Shown here piece after piece: positions 13,236 to 23,829 of a DNA stretch of 64,000 nt. The stretch covers positions 14,828,572 to 14,892,571 of the forward strand of contig NC_057726.1 of the NCBI RefSeq assembly GCF_004010195.1, read 5' to 3'. Within the stretch, counting starts at the first letter, position 1; each line of letters opens with the position of its first letter. The notes beneath the pieces were generated by a model. That model saw only the letters and a list, made by a program, of their open reading frames with translations. It was not told the origin of the DNA and did not search any database. Position numbers and translations under genes: made by a program. The DNA comes from Chiloscyllium plagiosum. Lineage: Eukaryota.

Positions 13236-13509
13236 ATGAAGTGAAAGGAGAGGTGAGGGTCTGTTTGATGGTGATGTTGTATTGGAGGTGGTGGAAATGG
13301 CCGATCTACTGAATGTGAAGGTCACTATTGTGGAAGGTGAGGATAAACAGAACAATATTATGGTTCTGGGAAATCAGGAAAAGGATAGGAAAAGCTGTGA
13401 TAAATGGGAGGAATGTGATCAGTTACCCTATTCAGCACAGTGGTGGCAAAATCTTAGTTGAGGTAAAAGGAAAATATATCAAAGCACCAGGTATAAAAAG
13501 TTCTATCAG

Positions 13510-15355
13510 CTGAACAGCTACAGTGTAGCAGAGAATTTCAGTTAGGATGATGACATTGTAGAAGAACATGTTAAGGTTAATAAGAAGGAGGTATTAGATG
13601 TATTAGTGGGTATAAAGGTGCATAAGCCTCCAGTGCCTGATGAAATTTATCTGGAGCTATTATGGGAGGTGAGGGAGCAGATTGCTGGGGTCCTGGCAGA
13701 GATAGTCTTACTTCGGTGGTAGGCAAAGTAATGGAAAGGGTACTGAGGGATAGGATTTATGAGTATCTGGAAAGACACTGCTTGATTAGGGACAGCCAGC
13801 ACGGATTTGTGAAGGGTAGGTCTTGCCTTACAAGTCTTATTGAATTCTTTGAGGAGGTGACCAAGCATGTGGATGAGGGTAGAGCAGTGGATGTAGTATA
13901 CATGGATTTTAGAAAGGCATTTGATAAGGTNNNNNNNNNNNNNNNNNNNNNNNNNNNNNNNNNNNNNNNNNNNNNNNNNNNNNNNNNNNNNNNNNNNNNN
14001 NNNNNNNNNNNNNNNNNNNNNNNNNNNNNNNNNNNNNNNNNNNNNNNNNNNNNNNNNNNNNNNNNNNNNNNNNNNNNNNNNNNNNNNNNNNNNNNNNNNN
14101 NNNNNNNNNNNNNNNNNNNNNNNNNNNNNNNNNNNNNNNNNNNNNNNNNNNNNNNNNNNNNNNNNNNNNNNNNNNNNNNNNNNNNNNNNNNNNNNNNNNN
14201 NNNNNNNNNNNNNNNNNNNNNNNNNNNNNNNNNNNNNNNNNNNNNNNNNNNNNNNNNNNNNNNNNNNNNNNNNNNNNNNNNNNNNNNNNNNNNNNNNNNN
14301 NNNNNNNNNNNNNNNNNNNNNNNNNNNNNNNNNNNNNNNNNNNNNNNNNNNNNNNNNNNNNNNNNNNNNNNNNNNNNNNNNNNNNNNNNNNNNNNNNNNN
14401 NNNNATTGGCGACCTTTAAGCGGCAATTGGATAGGTACATGGATGGGTGCTTAAGCTAGGACAAATGTTCGACACAACATCGTGGGCCGAAGGGCCTGTT
14501 CTGTGCTGTATTGTTCTATGTTCTATATTCTATGTTCTATACTTTGCTGGCCACAGGTGAAGTGCCAGATGATTAGAAGATATCTAATGGAGTTCCTTCA
14601 AGAAGGCAAGCAGGGATAGGCAAGGTAATTACAGATTAGTTAGCCTGATATTAGTGGTTGGGAAATTATTTATGTAAATTCTGATGAACGGGATTCATCA
14701 ATACTTGGAAAGGCAGGATTGATCAGCAATTGATCAGATTGATAGTCAGCATGGATTTGTTTGAGGGATATCCTGCCTGTTTTTTGAATAGATTATTAAA
14801 TATATTGATGAGGATAGTGCAATTAATATGGTTTATATGGACTTCAGTAAGGCTGTTGACAAAGTCCCACATGGAAAGCTGGTATCAGAAGTAAGTTGGC
14901 AAACTGCATCCAAAATTGGCTTGCAAATAGGAAGCAAAGAGTGATGGTGGAGGGTTGTTTTTGTATTGGAAACCTGCGACCAGCGGTATACCACAGGGCT
15001 TGATGTTGGGACCCTTGCTGTTTGTTATGTAGATTAATGACTTGGATGTGAATGTAGAAGGTATAATTAGTAAGTTTGCCACTGTTACGAAAATTGGTGG
15101 TAATGTTGATAAGAGACTGGTCTCATGCTACAGTCTGATATTGATCATATGGTAAATTAGGCAGAGCAATGGCAGATTCAAATCAATTTTTATGAGATGA
15201 TACCTTGTATTTGGCTCAATAAGGGAAGGATATACTCATGAATAGTGGATCGGTAGGGAGTACTGAGGATCAAAGGGATCTTGGTGTACAAGTCCATGGA
15301 TACCTGAAGATGTCAGCAAAGGTAGACAGGGTGGAGAAGGAGGCATATGGCATAC
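13510..15355 (+). mobile_element. Old CR1 LINE with a younger CR1 fragment nested at about 13704-14540; host of the ERV insertion
   Basis: SQHGFVKGRSCLTSLIEFFEEVTK..VDVVYMDFRKAFDK in the young copy, with a (TTCTATG)n tail near 14515-14540. The decayed RT continues over 14545-15355. Confidence 0.85.
13931..14404. other. Assembly gap (474 N)
   Basis: Run of N inside a CR1 copy. Confidence 0.99.
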
Positions 15356-15785
15356 TGTAATGGAAAATTAACAGAATTAAAATTTACTGTGAAATCTGAA
15401 AGAGAATGCTTTGCTAAATGTAATACTTTTCTGAACTTTGCAAACACTTTGCTGAATTCTGCAGTCGAGGAGACAGCTTTGCTGAACTTTATAAACATTC
15501 AACCTGGCCTTACGAGCAGTCGAATTCAGCAAAAGAGCTAAGGAAAACATAAAGACAGTTATGTCCACAGCAAGGGAATGAGAAAATAAGAACTCAAATG
15601 TTTCTCAACCCTTGTCCTTGAGTGCGTGATAAGAATGGTATAAAAGGAATATGTGAATTTTGTTCATTGCTCTTACACAAGGCATTTTTGCCAAGTGTAT
15701 TGGTCCTGCATGCAGAGGGTTAAAAATAAAGGTTTTTCTTTGCTCATGCTAGCTGTTGAGTCGAGTTGATTTAATTTCCACAACA
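15356..15785 (+). repeat. ERV 5' LTR
   Basis: TGTAA...CAACA, TATA box tataaaa at 15639-15645, AATAAA at 15725-15730. Matches 19196-19576 (14 substitutions plus one 5-bp indel by manual count). Confidence 0.93.
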
Positions 15786-15792
15786 GTAAACT

Positions 15793-15810
15793 TGGGGGCT
15801 CATCCCGGGA
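15793..15810 (+). promoter_or_regulatory. Primer-binding site, tRNA-Pro-like
   Basis: tgggggctcatcccggga versus the canonical Pro PBS TGGGGGCTCGTCCGGGAT, just 3' of the LTR. Confidence 0.88.
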
Positions 15811-16025
15811 CCCTGCGATTGGATGAGATTCTGAAGATTCCCAGGAGGTGCAGGTGCCAGCGCCTTGAAGGTCTTTCACTTCATCTCGAGCACAGATTTG
15901 GCCCATTTGCGTAAGAGGACTGGGAATCTGTGGATCACACCAGCGCCGGGGTTCAAATCGAATAGGGTAGGGTTAAGAGTCGTGGCTTAAATAATCCTAC
16001 ATAGAGCCTCATTCTAAAAGAATAA

Positions 16026-17701
16026 ATGAATCAGGAAGAGGGTTCAGTAAACTCTAGCACGGTATTTGAACAAAACTCAAGGGAAAGGAAATCTCAAGTA
16101 AAAGATAGATTAAATACACGTACAAACACTAGCGCACATGAAGACGCGTGCGGAAAACAACCTAACGAAGCTATACAGTGTCTTAAATCTGTTCCAGATC
16201 CTGACCTTGATGACTGCCCTCCGAGACCTACAGCCCCCCTCCAAGATTCGTCTGGTGAAGTTTCCAAGTCAGCAGCCGCCGCTTCAGGGTCTGCTGAATC
16301 ACCGATAGCAAGTCATACCTGCAAGCAATTGAAGCAAGAAGCCCAAAATGACGACGGCCACTCCAAGACGGAAAGGCATCCAGGGCCTGCTCGCGATCTC
16401 CCCACGACGGATGGTAAGTCAGACAGTGAGAGTATTGGGGTACAATCATCTAACCAGGTGGTTCTGCAAACACCAATGGTTAAAGTTGCAGGCCCAGAAG
16501 GGGGCCCAGTGATGGTCCACCAACCATGGACCATGAAGGATTTGCAAAGTGCCTATGGGCAGTTGCCTGACCCACGAGAGGTTGGAGGTAATAAGTTCGC
16601 CGAAGAAGTGACAAAGTTCTGTACCGAGTTCCATCCCACGTCACATGAGATGAGACGTCTTTAGATTAGATTAGATTACAGTGTGGAAACAGGCCCTTCA
16701 GCCCAACAAGTCCACACCGACCCTCCGAAGCAAAACCCACCCATACCCCTACCCCTACATTTACCCCTTACCTAACACTACAGGCAATTTAGCATGGCCA
16801 ATTCACCTGACCCTGCACATCTTTGGATGGTGGGAGGAAACCGGAGCACCCGGAGGAAACCCACGCAGACACGGGGAGAACGTGCAAACTCCACACAGTC
16901 AGGCGCCTGAGGCGGGAATTGAACCCGGGTCTCTGGCGCTGTGAGGCAGCAGTGCTAACCACTGTGCCACTGTGCTTCTGGGACAAAAACTGCATGCTGA
17001 TGTCACCAAAATCAAGTATAACTGGACAGCCGTAAACATTCATGCCAGATCAACTGATGCGCAAGCGGAAGAGTACGGAGACTTTAATGCTTGTGTTGCA
17101 GCGCTGGGAACCGCCTGTAGGGAGGCAATCCCAGTATGAATGGACATGACCAAAATTGTAATGTGTAAACAACGCGAAAGTGAGACAGTGTCCCAGTATC
17201 TTACATGCCTCACTGAAGTCCATAACACCCGTAGTGGACTGAAACCACCCAACGACATAACGGCGGCAGAAATCACGCCGTACGAAGTATACCTGAGGAA
17301 CAGCTTCATCAATGGAATGAAGGACGAAATAGCGAAAAAGGTAAAAGACACATGTATTACCTAAGACACGGGAAAGCTGAATTTGATAGAACAGCATGTG
17401 ATACATGCTGAAAAATTGCTTACCCAAGTGAAAACTAAAGATGGAACAGCAAGCACATAAGGCTCAGCTTACTATGCTGCAAATGGTCACCCAGCCGTTG
17501 GAAGGAGGTGCTGTAGGAAGAGAGAGAGGCAGAGGTGGTGGTCACGGAAGAGGAAGAGAAAGAGGAAGGGGTCGTGGAAGAAGCGCTGGCAGAGATAAAT
17601 CTGGCGGATGCTTTGTTTGCGGAGCAATGGACCACTGGGCCAGACAGTGCCCACACAGACAGCCCCAATTGACCCTGGAGGCTGGACAGCAGGATGACTG
17701 A
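16026..17701 (+). pseudogene. gag: Retroviral gag (disrupted by a SINE, stops and a frameshift)
   Basis: PTAP late domain (16227-16238), SPIAS motif, CA start HQPWTMKDL, MHR-like KQRESETVSQYL, RG-rich NC with CFVCGAMDHWARQC, stop GAC TGA CAG at 17699-17701. No recognisable MG matrix start. Confidence 0.92.
16662..16975 (-). mobile_element. HE1-type tRNA-derived V-SINE inserted into ERV gag
   Basis: Reverse complement gcacagtggcacagtggttagcactgctgcctcacagcgccagagacccgggttcaattccc, then the V-domain and a (TCTAA)n tail. The gag frame resumes after it (MRRL|LGQKL). Confidence 0.93.
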
Positions 17702-18105
17702 CAGGGGAAGGCTGAGGTGGAGGTGGGCAGCCCACAAGGTACAGGTAAGCCACTTTCCCCTTATGCTTGGCAATGAAGATTTGCTTATGCTAATCTCTTC
17801 TACTAACCTTATGGGCACTGAGACATGTCCCACCTCTGTATTGAGCGCTGAGATTGCAAAGTGTGGACAACATGTTCAATATAACAATGATGTGTATAAG
17901 TCAATGCCTACCTCTATGTTATATGTGGAAGGTACACCAGTTACCTTTTTGGTAGATACAGGGGCAACATATTCAGTCCTTAAATTAAGCCAGTTTAGAC
18001 AATTGACAATTAGGATGAGTGGAAAGTTCCCGAATATAATGGGTGCATCAGGAGTCGTGGTGCGAGAGAGATTTTCCACACCCCTCTTGTCCGAAACTAG
18101 TAATG
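17702..18105 (+). pseudogene. pro: Retroviral aspartic protease, C-terminally truncated
   Basis: VEGTPVTFLVDTGATYSVL (catalytic Asp codon 17955-17957) and flap-like IMGASG. Ends abruptly at the inverted LTR fragment. Confidence 0.9.
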
Positions 18106-18176
18106 GGGAAACATTTGAGTTCTTATTTTCTCATTCCCTTGCCGTGGACATAACTGTCTTTATGTTTTCCTCAGCT
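18106..18176 (-). repeat. Inverted 71-bp fragment of the ERV LTR at the pol deletion junction
   Basis: Reverse complement of 19381-19451 with one mismatch. Carries the 3'-LTR alleles (cacggc, tttccc). Confidence 0.92.
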
Positions 18177-18182
18177 ATTTAT

Positions 18183-18242
18183 TGATTATTGATAAAGGAA
18201 CAAGCAATGAATAAACATTGCTTGTTCCTTTATCAATAATCA
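18183..18242. repeat. Perfect 27-bp inverted repeat with an AATAAA loop
   Basis: tgattattgataaaggaacaagcaatg-aataaa-cattgcttgttcctttatcaataatca. Confidence 0.95.
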
Positions 18243-19013
18243 GACCATGATGATGGGTATAATATGGGCCTGTGGAGAGAAAGGGTACCACCATCTTCCC
18301 CTGGGATGGAAGGGGCGCTGATACCCCACGATACTATCCATTGGCACAAAAGTGTTCATCCCAAGGGCAGGTAACTGACGCACCCGAAGGGACATCCCAC
18401 AGCATTGGAATGGGCACACACTCGCAGACCCCTGGGCTACACCAGGAGCGAACATTGGGTGGTCTATTATCTTGGGAGCAGGAATAACGGTAGCAATAAA
18501 CAAGATTAATGGCCTCGCATATAGTGTATTATTGCTAGCTAATGAGATGGAGGAAGGCCGAGCACTCATTCACACTGAGTTAACGGCGGTTAGGGAAGCA
18601 GTGATACAAAATTGACTAGTGCTAGACATACTAACGGCCGAGAGAGGGGTGTCTGCAAAATGTTAGGTACCTCATGCTATTTTAATATTCCTGATGAGTC
18701 CCAAAATATCACTTGTGTAATAAATCATATGAAGGCAGCGAAATGACCGCCTCCCCCAGCAGGTGACGCCTGGTTCCGATGGCTCACCTCCCTTTGGGGA
18801 GGGTGGGGGTATTGGATCCTACACATTCTACTGGTTGTAGGACTGGTCTTACTCATAGTGCTTTGTATAGGACCCTGCTTGTGTACCTGCCTACACTGCT
18901 TGCTTATGAGGGCAATAGGATGTCAAATGGTAAAACTATCAGTGGCCCCATGGCAGGAAGATCCGATTACGTGGACCCCACCCTATCGTGACGTTGACAA
19001 GTGTGACGTTTGA
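18211..19013 (+). pseudogene. env: Retroviral env remnant (SU C-terminus plus complete TM), gamma-type; missed by the ORF track because of stops and a frameshift
   Basis: WACGEKGYHHLPLGWKGR*Y, furin site RTRR (18379-18390), hydrophobic IGWSIILGAGITVA, ISD VIQN*LVLDILTAERG, VCKMLGTSCYFNIPDES (decayed CX6CC), TM WILHILLVVGLVLLIVLCIGPC, stop at 19011-19013. Confidence 0.93.
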
Positions 19014-19181
19014 ACATGGGCTGTGTACAGGGCACACCAGAGAAAGTGACGATTCCACCACAAAGCTGTGTTACAGGTAGGTGATGTCCGAGGAAAGGCC
19101 TGGTGTTCCCTAAGCATTTTTGATGTATAGCTATTCTGGCTCTGTACTTTTTTTGGTTGTTGTCTTTTGTCATAAAATGAC

Positions 19182-19195
19182 AAAAAGGGGGAAAA
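19182..19195 (+). promoter_or_regulatory. Polypurine tract
   Basis: aaaaagggggaaaa immediately before the 3' LTR TGTAA. Confidence 0.88.
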
Positions 19196-19576
19196 TGTAA
19201 TGGAAAATTAACAGAATTAACATTTAATGTGAAATCTGAAAGAGAATGCTTTGCTAAACTTAATACTTTTCTGAAGTTTGCAAACACTTTGCTGAATTCT
19301 GCAGTCGAGGAGACAGCTTGTCTTTGCTGAACTTTATAAACATTCAACCTGGCCTTGCGAGCAGTTGAATTCAGCAAAAGAGCTAAGGAAAACATAAAGA
19401 CAGTTATGTCCACGGCAAGGGAATGAGAAAATAAGAACTCAAATGTTTCCCAGCCCTTGTCCTCGAGCGCGTGATACGAATGGTATAAAAAGAATATGTG
19501 AATTTTGTTCATTGCTCTTACACAAGGCATTTTTGCCAAGTGTATTGGTCCTGCATGCAGAGGGTTAAAAATAAAG
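19196..19576 (+). repeat. ERV 3' LTR, truncated just after the polyA signal
   Basis: Colinear with 15356-15731. The last ~54 bp of the 5' LTR are absent. Confidence 0.93.
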
Positions 19577-19697
19577 TGAGAACTGCCGATGCTGGAGATC
19601 AGAGTCAAGAGTGTGGTGCTGGAAAAGCACAGCAGGTCAGGCAGCATCTGATGAGCAGGAAGATCGACGTTTTGGGCATCAGCCCTTCATCAGGAAT
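19573..19697 (-). mobile_element. Penelope-like terminal fragment with hammerhead motif (GAAA decayed to AAAA)
   Basis: Reverse complement attcCTGATGAagggctgatgcccAAAACGTCgat. Same family as 9465-9593 and 7348-7437. Confidence 0.7.
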
Positions 19698-19965
19698 GGG
19701 TCAAGATTTAAAAGGGTCATAATGGGCAACTTTTTCACACAGAGGATGGTGAGTGTATGGAATGAGCTGCCAGAGGAACTGGTGGAGGCTGGTACAATTA
19801 CAACATTTAAAAGGCATCTGAATGCATATATGAATAGGAAGGGTTTGAAGGGATATGGGCCAAGTGCTAGCAAATGGAACTATATTAATTTAGGATACCT
19901 GCTCGGCATGGATGAGTTGGACTGAAGGGTGTGTTTCTTTGCTGTGCATCTCTACGACTCTATAA
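19698..19965 (+). mobile_element. CR1 LINE 3' end
   Basis: GNFFTQRMVSVWNELPEELVEAGTITTFKRHL, followed by the 3' UTR and tail. Confidence 0.8.
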
Positions 19966-20236
19966 CAAAATGGCTGCTATAAGTCACCTAACTATACAAC
20001 AACAAGTTCAAAGAGGATTACAGAGGGTTATCCCAGGCATCTAAGGATTCTCATCCATGAAATTAATATCTTATTGATGACATATTGTGAGAAGGTCAGC
20101 AGTGAACAGAACCACCAACTGGGAGAAAAACTGTTTACAAAATGGCAACATGGAACATGACAGCTTTTTGCAAAGGCCACCTTGTAACAAGTGAGCACAT
20201 TACCTGCTAATAATATAAAACTGTACAGACAAAGAG

Positions 20237-20754
20237 TTTTGAGAAGATTTGTAGCTCAGGTTGAGGTTCTGGATGTAGGTTTACTCGCTGAGCTGGAAGG
20301 TTATTTTCAGACGTTTTGTCTCCATACTGGTTAAATCTTCAGTGAGCATCCAGACAAAGCACTGCTGATGATTCCTGCTTTCTATTTATATGTTTTGGTT
20401 TGGGTTGGTGATGTCACTTCCTATGGTGATGTCATTTCCTGTTCTTTTTCTCAGGGGGTGGTAAATCAGGTCCAATTCAATGAGTTTGTTGATAGAGTTC
20501 CAGTTGGAATGCCAGGCTTCTAGGAATTTTTGTGCATGTCTCTGTTTGGCTTGTCCTAGGATGGATGTGTTGTCCCAGTCAAAGTGGTGTCCTTCCTCAT
20601 CTGTATGTAAGGATACTAGTGAGAGTGGGTCATGTTGTTTTGTGGCTAGTTGATGTTCATGTATCCTGGTGGCTAGTTTTCTGCCTGTTTGTCCAATGTA
20701 GTGTTTGTTACAGTCCTTGCACGGTATTTTGCTCAGTGAGCAAACCTACATCCA
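20237..20754 (-). mobile_element. Truncated Penelope element with a short inverted pLTR piece
   Basis: Reverse complement of the GIY-YIG/pLTR region at 35480-35957. Decayed hammerhead at 20307-20345, inverted stub at 20731-20754, and aaagag TSD (20231-20236, 20755-20760). Confidence 0.8.
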
Positions 20755-20869
20755 AAAGAGAGATTCCATTTTGAATCGTATTAAAAAACCTCTCATCAGT
20801 GTAAGAGGGTGACATCTCATAACAACTAATGGTCTGCTATAGAAAATAACTAGGCAGCAGATAACTATG

Positions 20870-21565
20870 CCTTACTGTCCTCCTCAAACACTCATGACTG
20901 GGTGGCCAAATTCAACTTGAACTCCATTTACAAATTTGCTAATGGGTCAGATCTAAAACAGAGATGAGACCGAGTACAAGGAGGAGATAGAGACCTTGGT
21001 TGTGTAGTACAAAGACAACAATCTGTACCTCGATGTCAGGAAGCTAAGGAAATTCATCATGTCCACAATGACTCTCACCAAGTTTTATAGATACACCACA
21101 GAAAACAACTTGGTGTGCAACTGCTCTGCCCAAGACCATAAGAAATTACAAAGAGTTGTGAATACAGCCCAGACCATGTTGAAAACCAGCTTTCTTTCCA
21201 TTGACTCAGTCTACATTTCCCACTGCCATGGGAAAGCAGAGAACATAATCAAAGACCTCTCCCAACCCGGTTGTACTCTCTTCCAGCCGCTTCCATTGGG
21301 TGGAAGATACAAAACTTTGAAAACACATACCAACTGATTCAAGAACAGCTTCTTCTCACTGTTATCAGGAACAGATCTCTCATACATTAGAGTTGTTTTC
21401 TTCTCCGCACCTTCTCTGTAGCTGTAACACTATATTCTGCATTCTGTTCTATTACCTTGGTGTACATTACGTAAGGTATGATTTGTCTGGTTAGCACGCG
21501 AAACAGTTATTTCACTGTATCTCGGCATGAGACAATAATAAATTAAATCAAATCAAATCAAAACT
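20870..21565 (+). mobile_element. Rex1-type LINE 3' fragment
   Basis: NCSAQDHKKLQRVVNTAQ, FKNSFF and an (AATCA)n tail. Confidence 0.75.
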
Positions 21566-21739
21566 AAATGTGCCACCATGAGGATCCAGAATCCATTAAC
21601 CATCCTAAATCAGCTGTCCTACCAAGTCTACCTGCACAAGACAATACCAACAATTCACCAACGAGCCATTGTATCTGCTGGATTTTACTTCAAGTGTTAA
21701 CTCTTTTGCAACAAGGAATTCAAACAGCAAGCCTCAATG

Positions 21740-23030
21740 AAAAGATTGATGAGGGCAGAGCAGTAGTGGCTGTTTACTTGGATTTTAGTAAAGCCTTCAA
21801 CAAGGTTCTGCATGGAAGACTAATTAATAAAGCTAGGTCACATGGGATTCAAGCTGAGCTTGCCAAGTGGATACATATTTGGCTTAACGGCAAGACAGTG
21901 GTGGTAGAAGGAGACTGGAGACGTGTAAGCAGCAGTGGATCCACAGGGATCGGTTCTGGATCCTCTTTTGTTTGTCACTTATATAAATGATTTGGATGAG
22001 AATTGTACAGCTTGGCTCGTAACTTTGGGGGCGACATCAAAATTGGTGGCACAGTAGACAGTGAAGAAGCTTTTCTAAGATTACAAAAAGATCTTAATCA
22101 AATGGGTCAATGGGCTGAAAAATGGCAGATGGAGTTCAATTTGGATAAATATGAGGCATTGCATTTTAGGTATAACAAACAGGATCAGATCTTACACAAT
22201 TAATGATAGACCCTTGATTACACAGGGACCTAAGGGTTCAGTTACATAATTCTTTGAAGTGTACATCACATATAGACAAGGTCGTTAAAAAGGCATTTAG
22301 CACAGTTGTCATTGTTGCTTAGTTCTTTGAGTATAGGAGCTAGGAAGTCATGTTGAGGTTTTACAGGACATTGGTGAGGCTTCTTCTGGAATACTGTGTC
22401 CAGTTCTGGTTTCCCTGTTATAGGAAGGATATTATTAAGCTAGAGGGGGTTCAGAAGAGATTTACCAGGATGTTGCCAGGTATGGAAGGTTTGAGTTATA
22501 AAGAAAGGCTGTATAGGCGAGGACCTTTTGCACTGGAGCATACGAGATTGAGAGGTGACCTTACAGAGGCTTAAAAAAAATCAAGTGCGGTATGGGTTTG
22601 GGTTAATGGTAGATGCCTTTTCCCCAGAATGGGAGATTTCAAGACAAGCAGGCATATTTTTGAAGTGAAAGGAGAAGGATTTAAAAAAGACATTGGGGCA
22701 ATTTTTTTACACAAAGAGTGGTTCGCATGTGGATGTGGTGGATGTGGACGCAGTAACAAAATTTAAAAGATACTTAGAAAAAGTACATGAATAAGAAAGA
22801 AAAACAAATTGCTGGGAAAGCCCAACAAGTTTGGCAGCATCTGTGGAAAGAAATTAGGGTTAACGTTTTGAGTCGAGTGACCCTTTATCAGACTCTTCCT
22901 CCTGAAATGGAAGGGTTTGGGGGGATATGGGCCAGGAGCAGGCAAGTGGGACTAGTTCAGTTTGTGATTATGTTCAGCATGGACTGGCTGGACCAAAGGG
23001 TTCGTATACATGCTGTATGCCTCTATGACA
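21740..23030 (+). mobile_element. CR1 LINE 3' half, with a minus-strand Penelope terminus (decayed hammerhead 22861-22893) inserted at about 22798-22895
   Basis: YLDFSKAFNKV, WAEKWQMEFN, YRTLVRLLLEYCVQFW. Confidence 0.85.
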
Positions 23031-23269
23031 CTACGAAAAATCGCAAACGCTTATTAAGCCTTATTCTTATCAGCATTTGTTTGTCTTTTCTGTTTTTGTT
23101 TAATTATTTGTATCTATAACTTTCATTTGATAACCTTATATATTTATTCTTAAGTGATCATCAGTAACAATTTGAAATAACTAACCTTTAACCTTCCATA
23201 AAAAAAACTGACTGCTAGTCTGCTTCACTGTAAACCTCTACAAATCAAAAAGGGGGCTGAACGATCTTT

Positions 23270-23720
23270 ATAAATTCAGTTCACTGGCCATGTGTTGGGG
23301 ACATGGCTGGTAGCCATGAGAATGACGAACAGCGTTGCTGGAGAAATAGACACAGTGAAGTCTAAGCTGGGAAGAGTTGGAGAAAGGCCATGTGAAGGAG
23401 AGAGAAGGGTGAAAATTTGAATGAAAGGTGTTGAAATTTTCCAGTTCAGGGTAAGGACATCAACCAACATTGGAACAGTCACCAATGTACCAGGGAAAAC
23501 AAAGGAAGAGGAATTGAGTAGGACTGAAGTGAAGAATGTTCCATGTAACCCACAAAAAGGAATGCATTACTAAGACCTATACAGATTTCCATAGCAACAG
23601 CTTTGATTTGGAGGAATTGAGTCGAGTCAAAGGAGAAGCTGGGTTGTTGTAACAGCAAGTTCTGCCAGCCTGATGGTCACAGTTGAAGACTGGTGAGGCC
23701 TCTGTTCAAAGATTAAGTGC
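23270..23720 (-). mobile_element. Decayed Penelope-like RT fragment
   Basis: Minus strand resembles the PLE RT (..FIQIFTLLSPSH../LDFTVSIS). Highly degenerate. Confidence 0.45.
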
Positions 23721-23829
23721 CTCAGGCCTCAAAGACAATTAACGTTTCCCCCTTACAGACCATAGCTTCCTCCTTTACTTCTGCTGGATGTCATAATAAT
23801 GCCATTTAGAACAGCATGCAACTCAAACG

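Larger units (their letters stand above)
15356..19576 (+). mobile_element. Defective endogenous retrovirus (class I, gamma/epsilon-like): LTR-PBS-gag-partial pro-[pol deleted]-partial env-PPT-LTR
   Basis: Paired LTRs starting TGTAA, tRNA-Pro-like PBS, gag with PTAP, CA/MHR and one CCHC knuckle, protease LVDTGA, env with furin site/ISD/CX6C/TM, and a PPT. Confidence 0.95.

Noticed and set aside
10658-14459. Long ORFs full of X (also 32187-32895)
   Set aside because: Artefacts of N gaps inside CR1 copies.
16900-16975. tRNA-like sequence (also about 48000, 55420, 57430, 42850)
   Set aside because: These are tRNA-derived SINE heads, not complete cloverleaf tRNA genes.
18967-19647. 226-aa minus-strand ORF
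   Set aside because: Runs antisense through a Penelope terminus, the 3' LTR and the env tail. It is a chimera with no domain.
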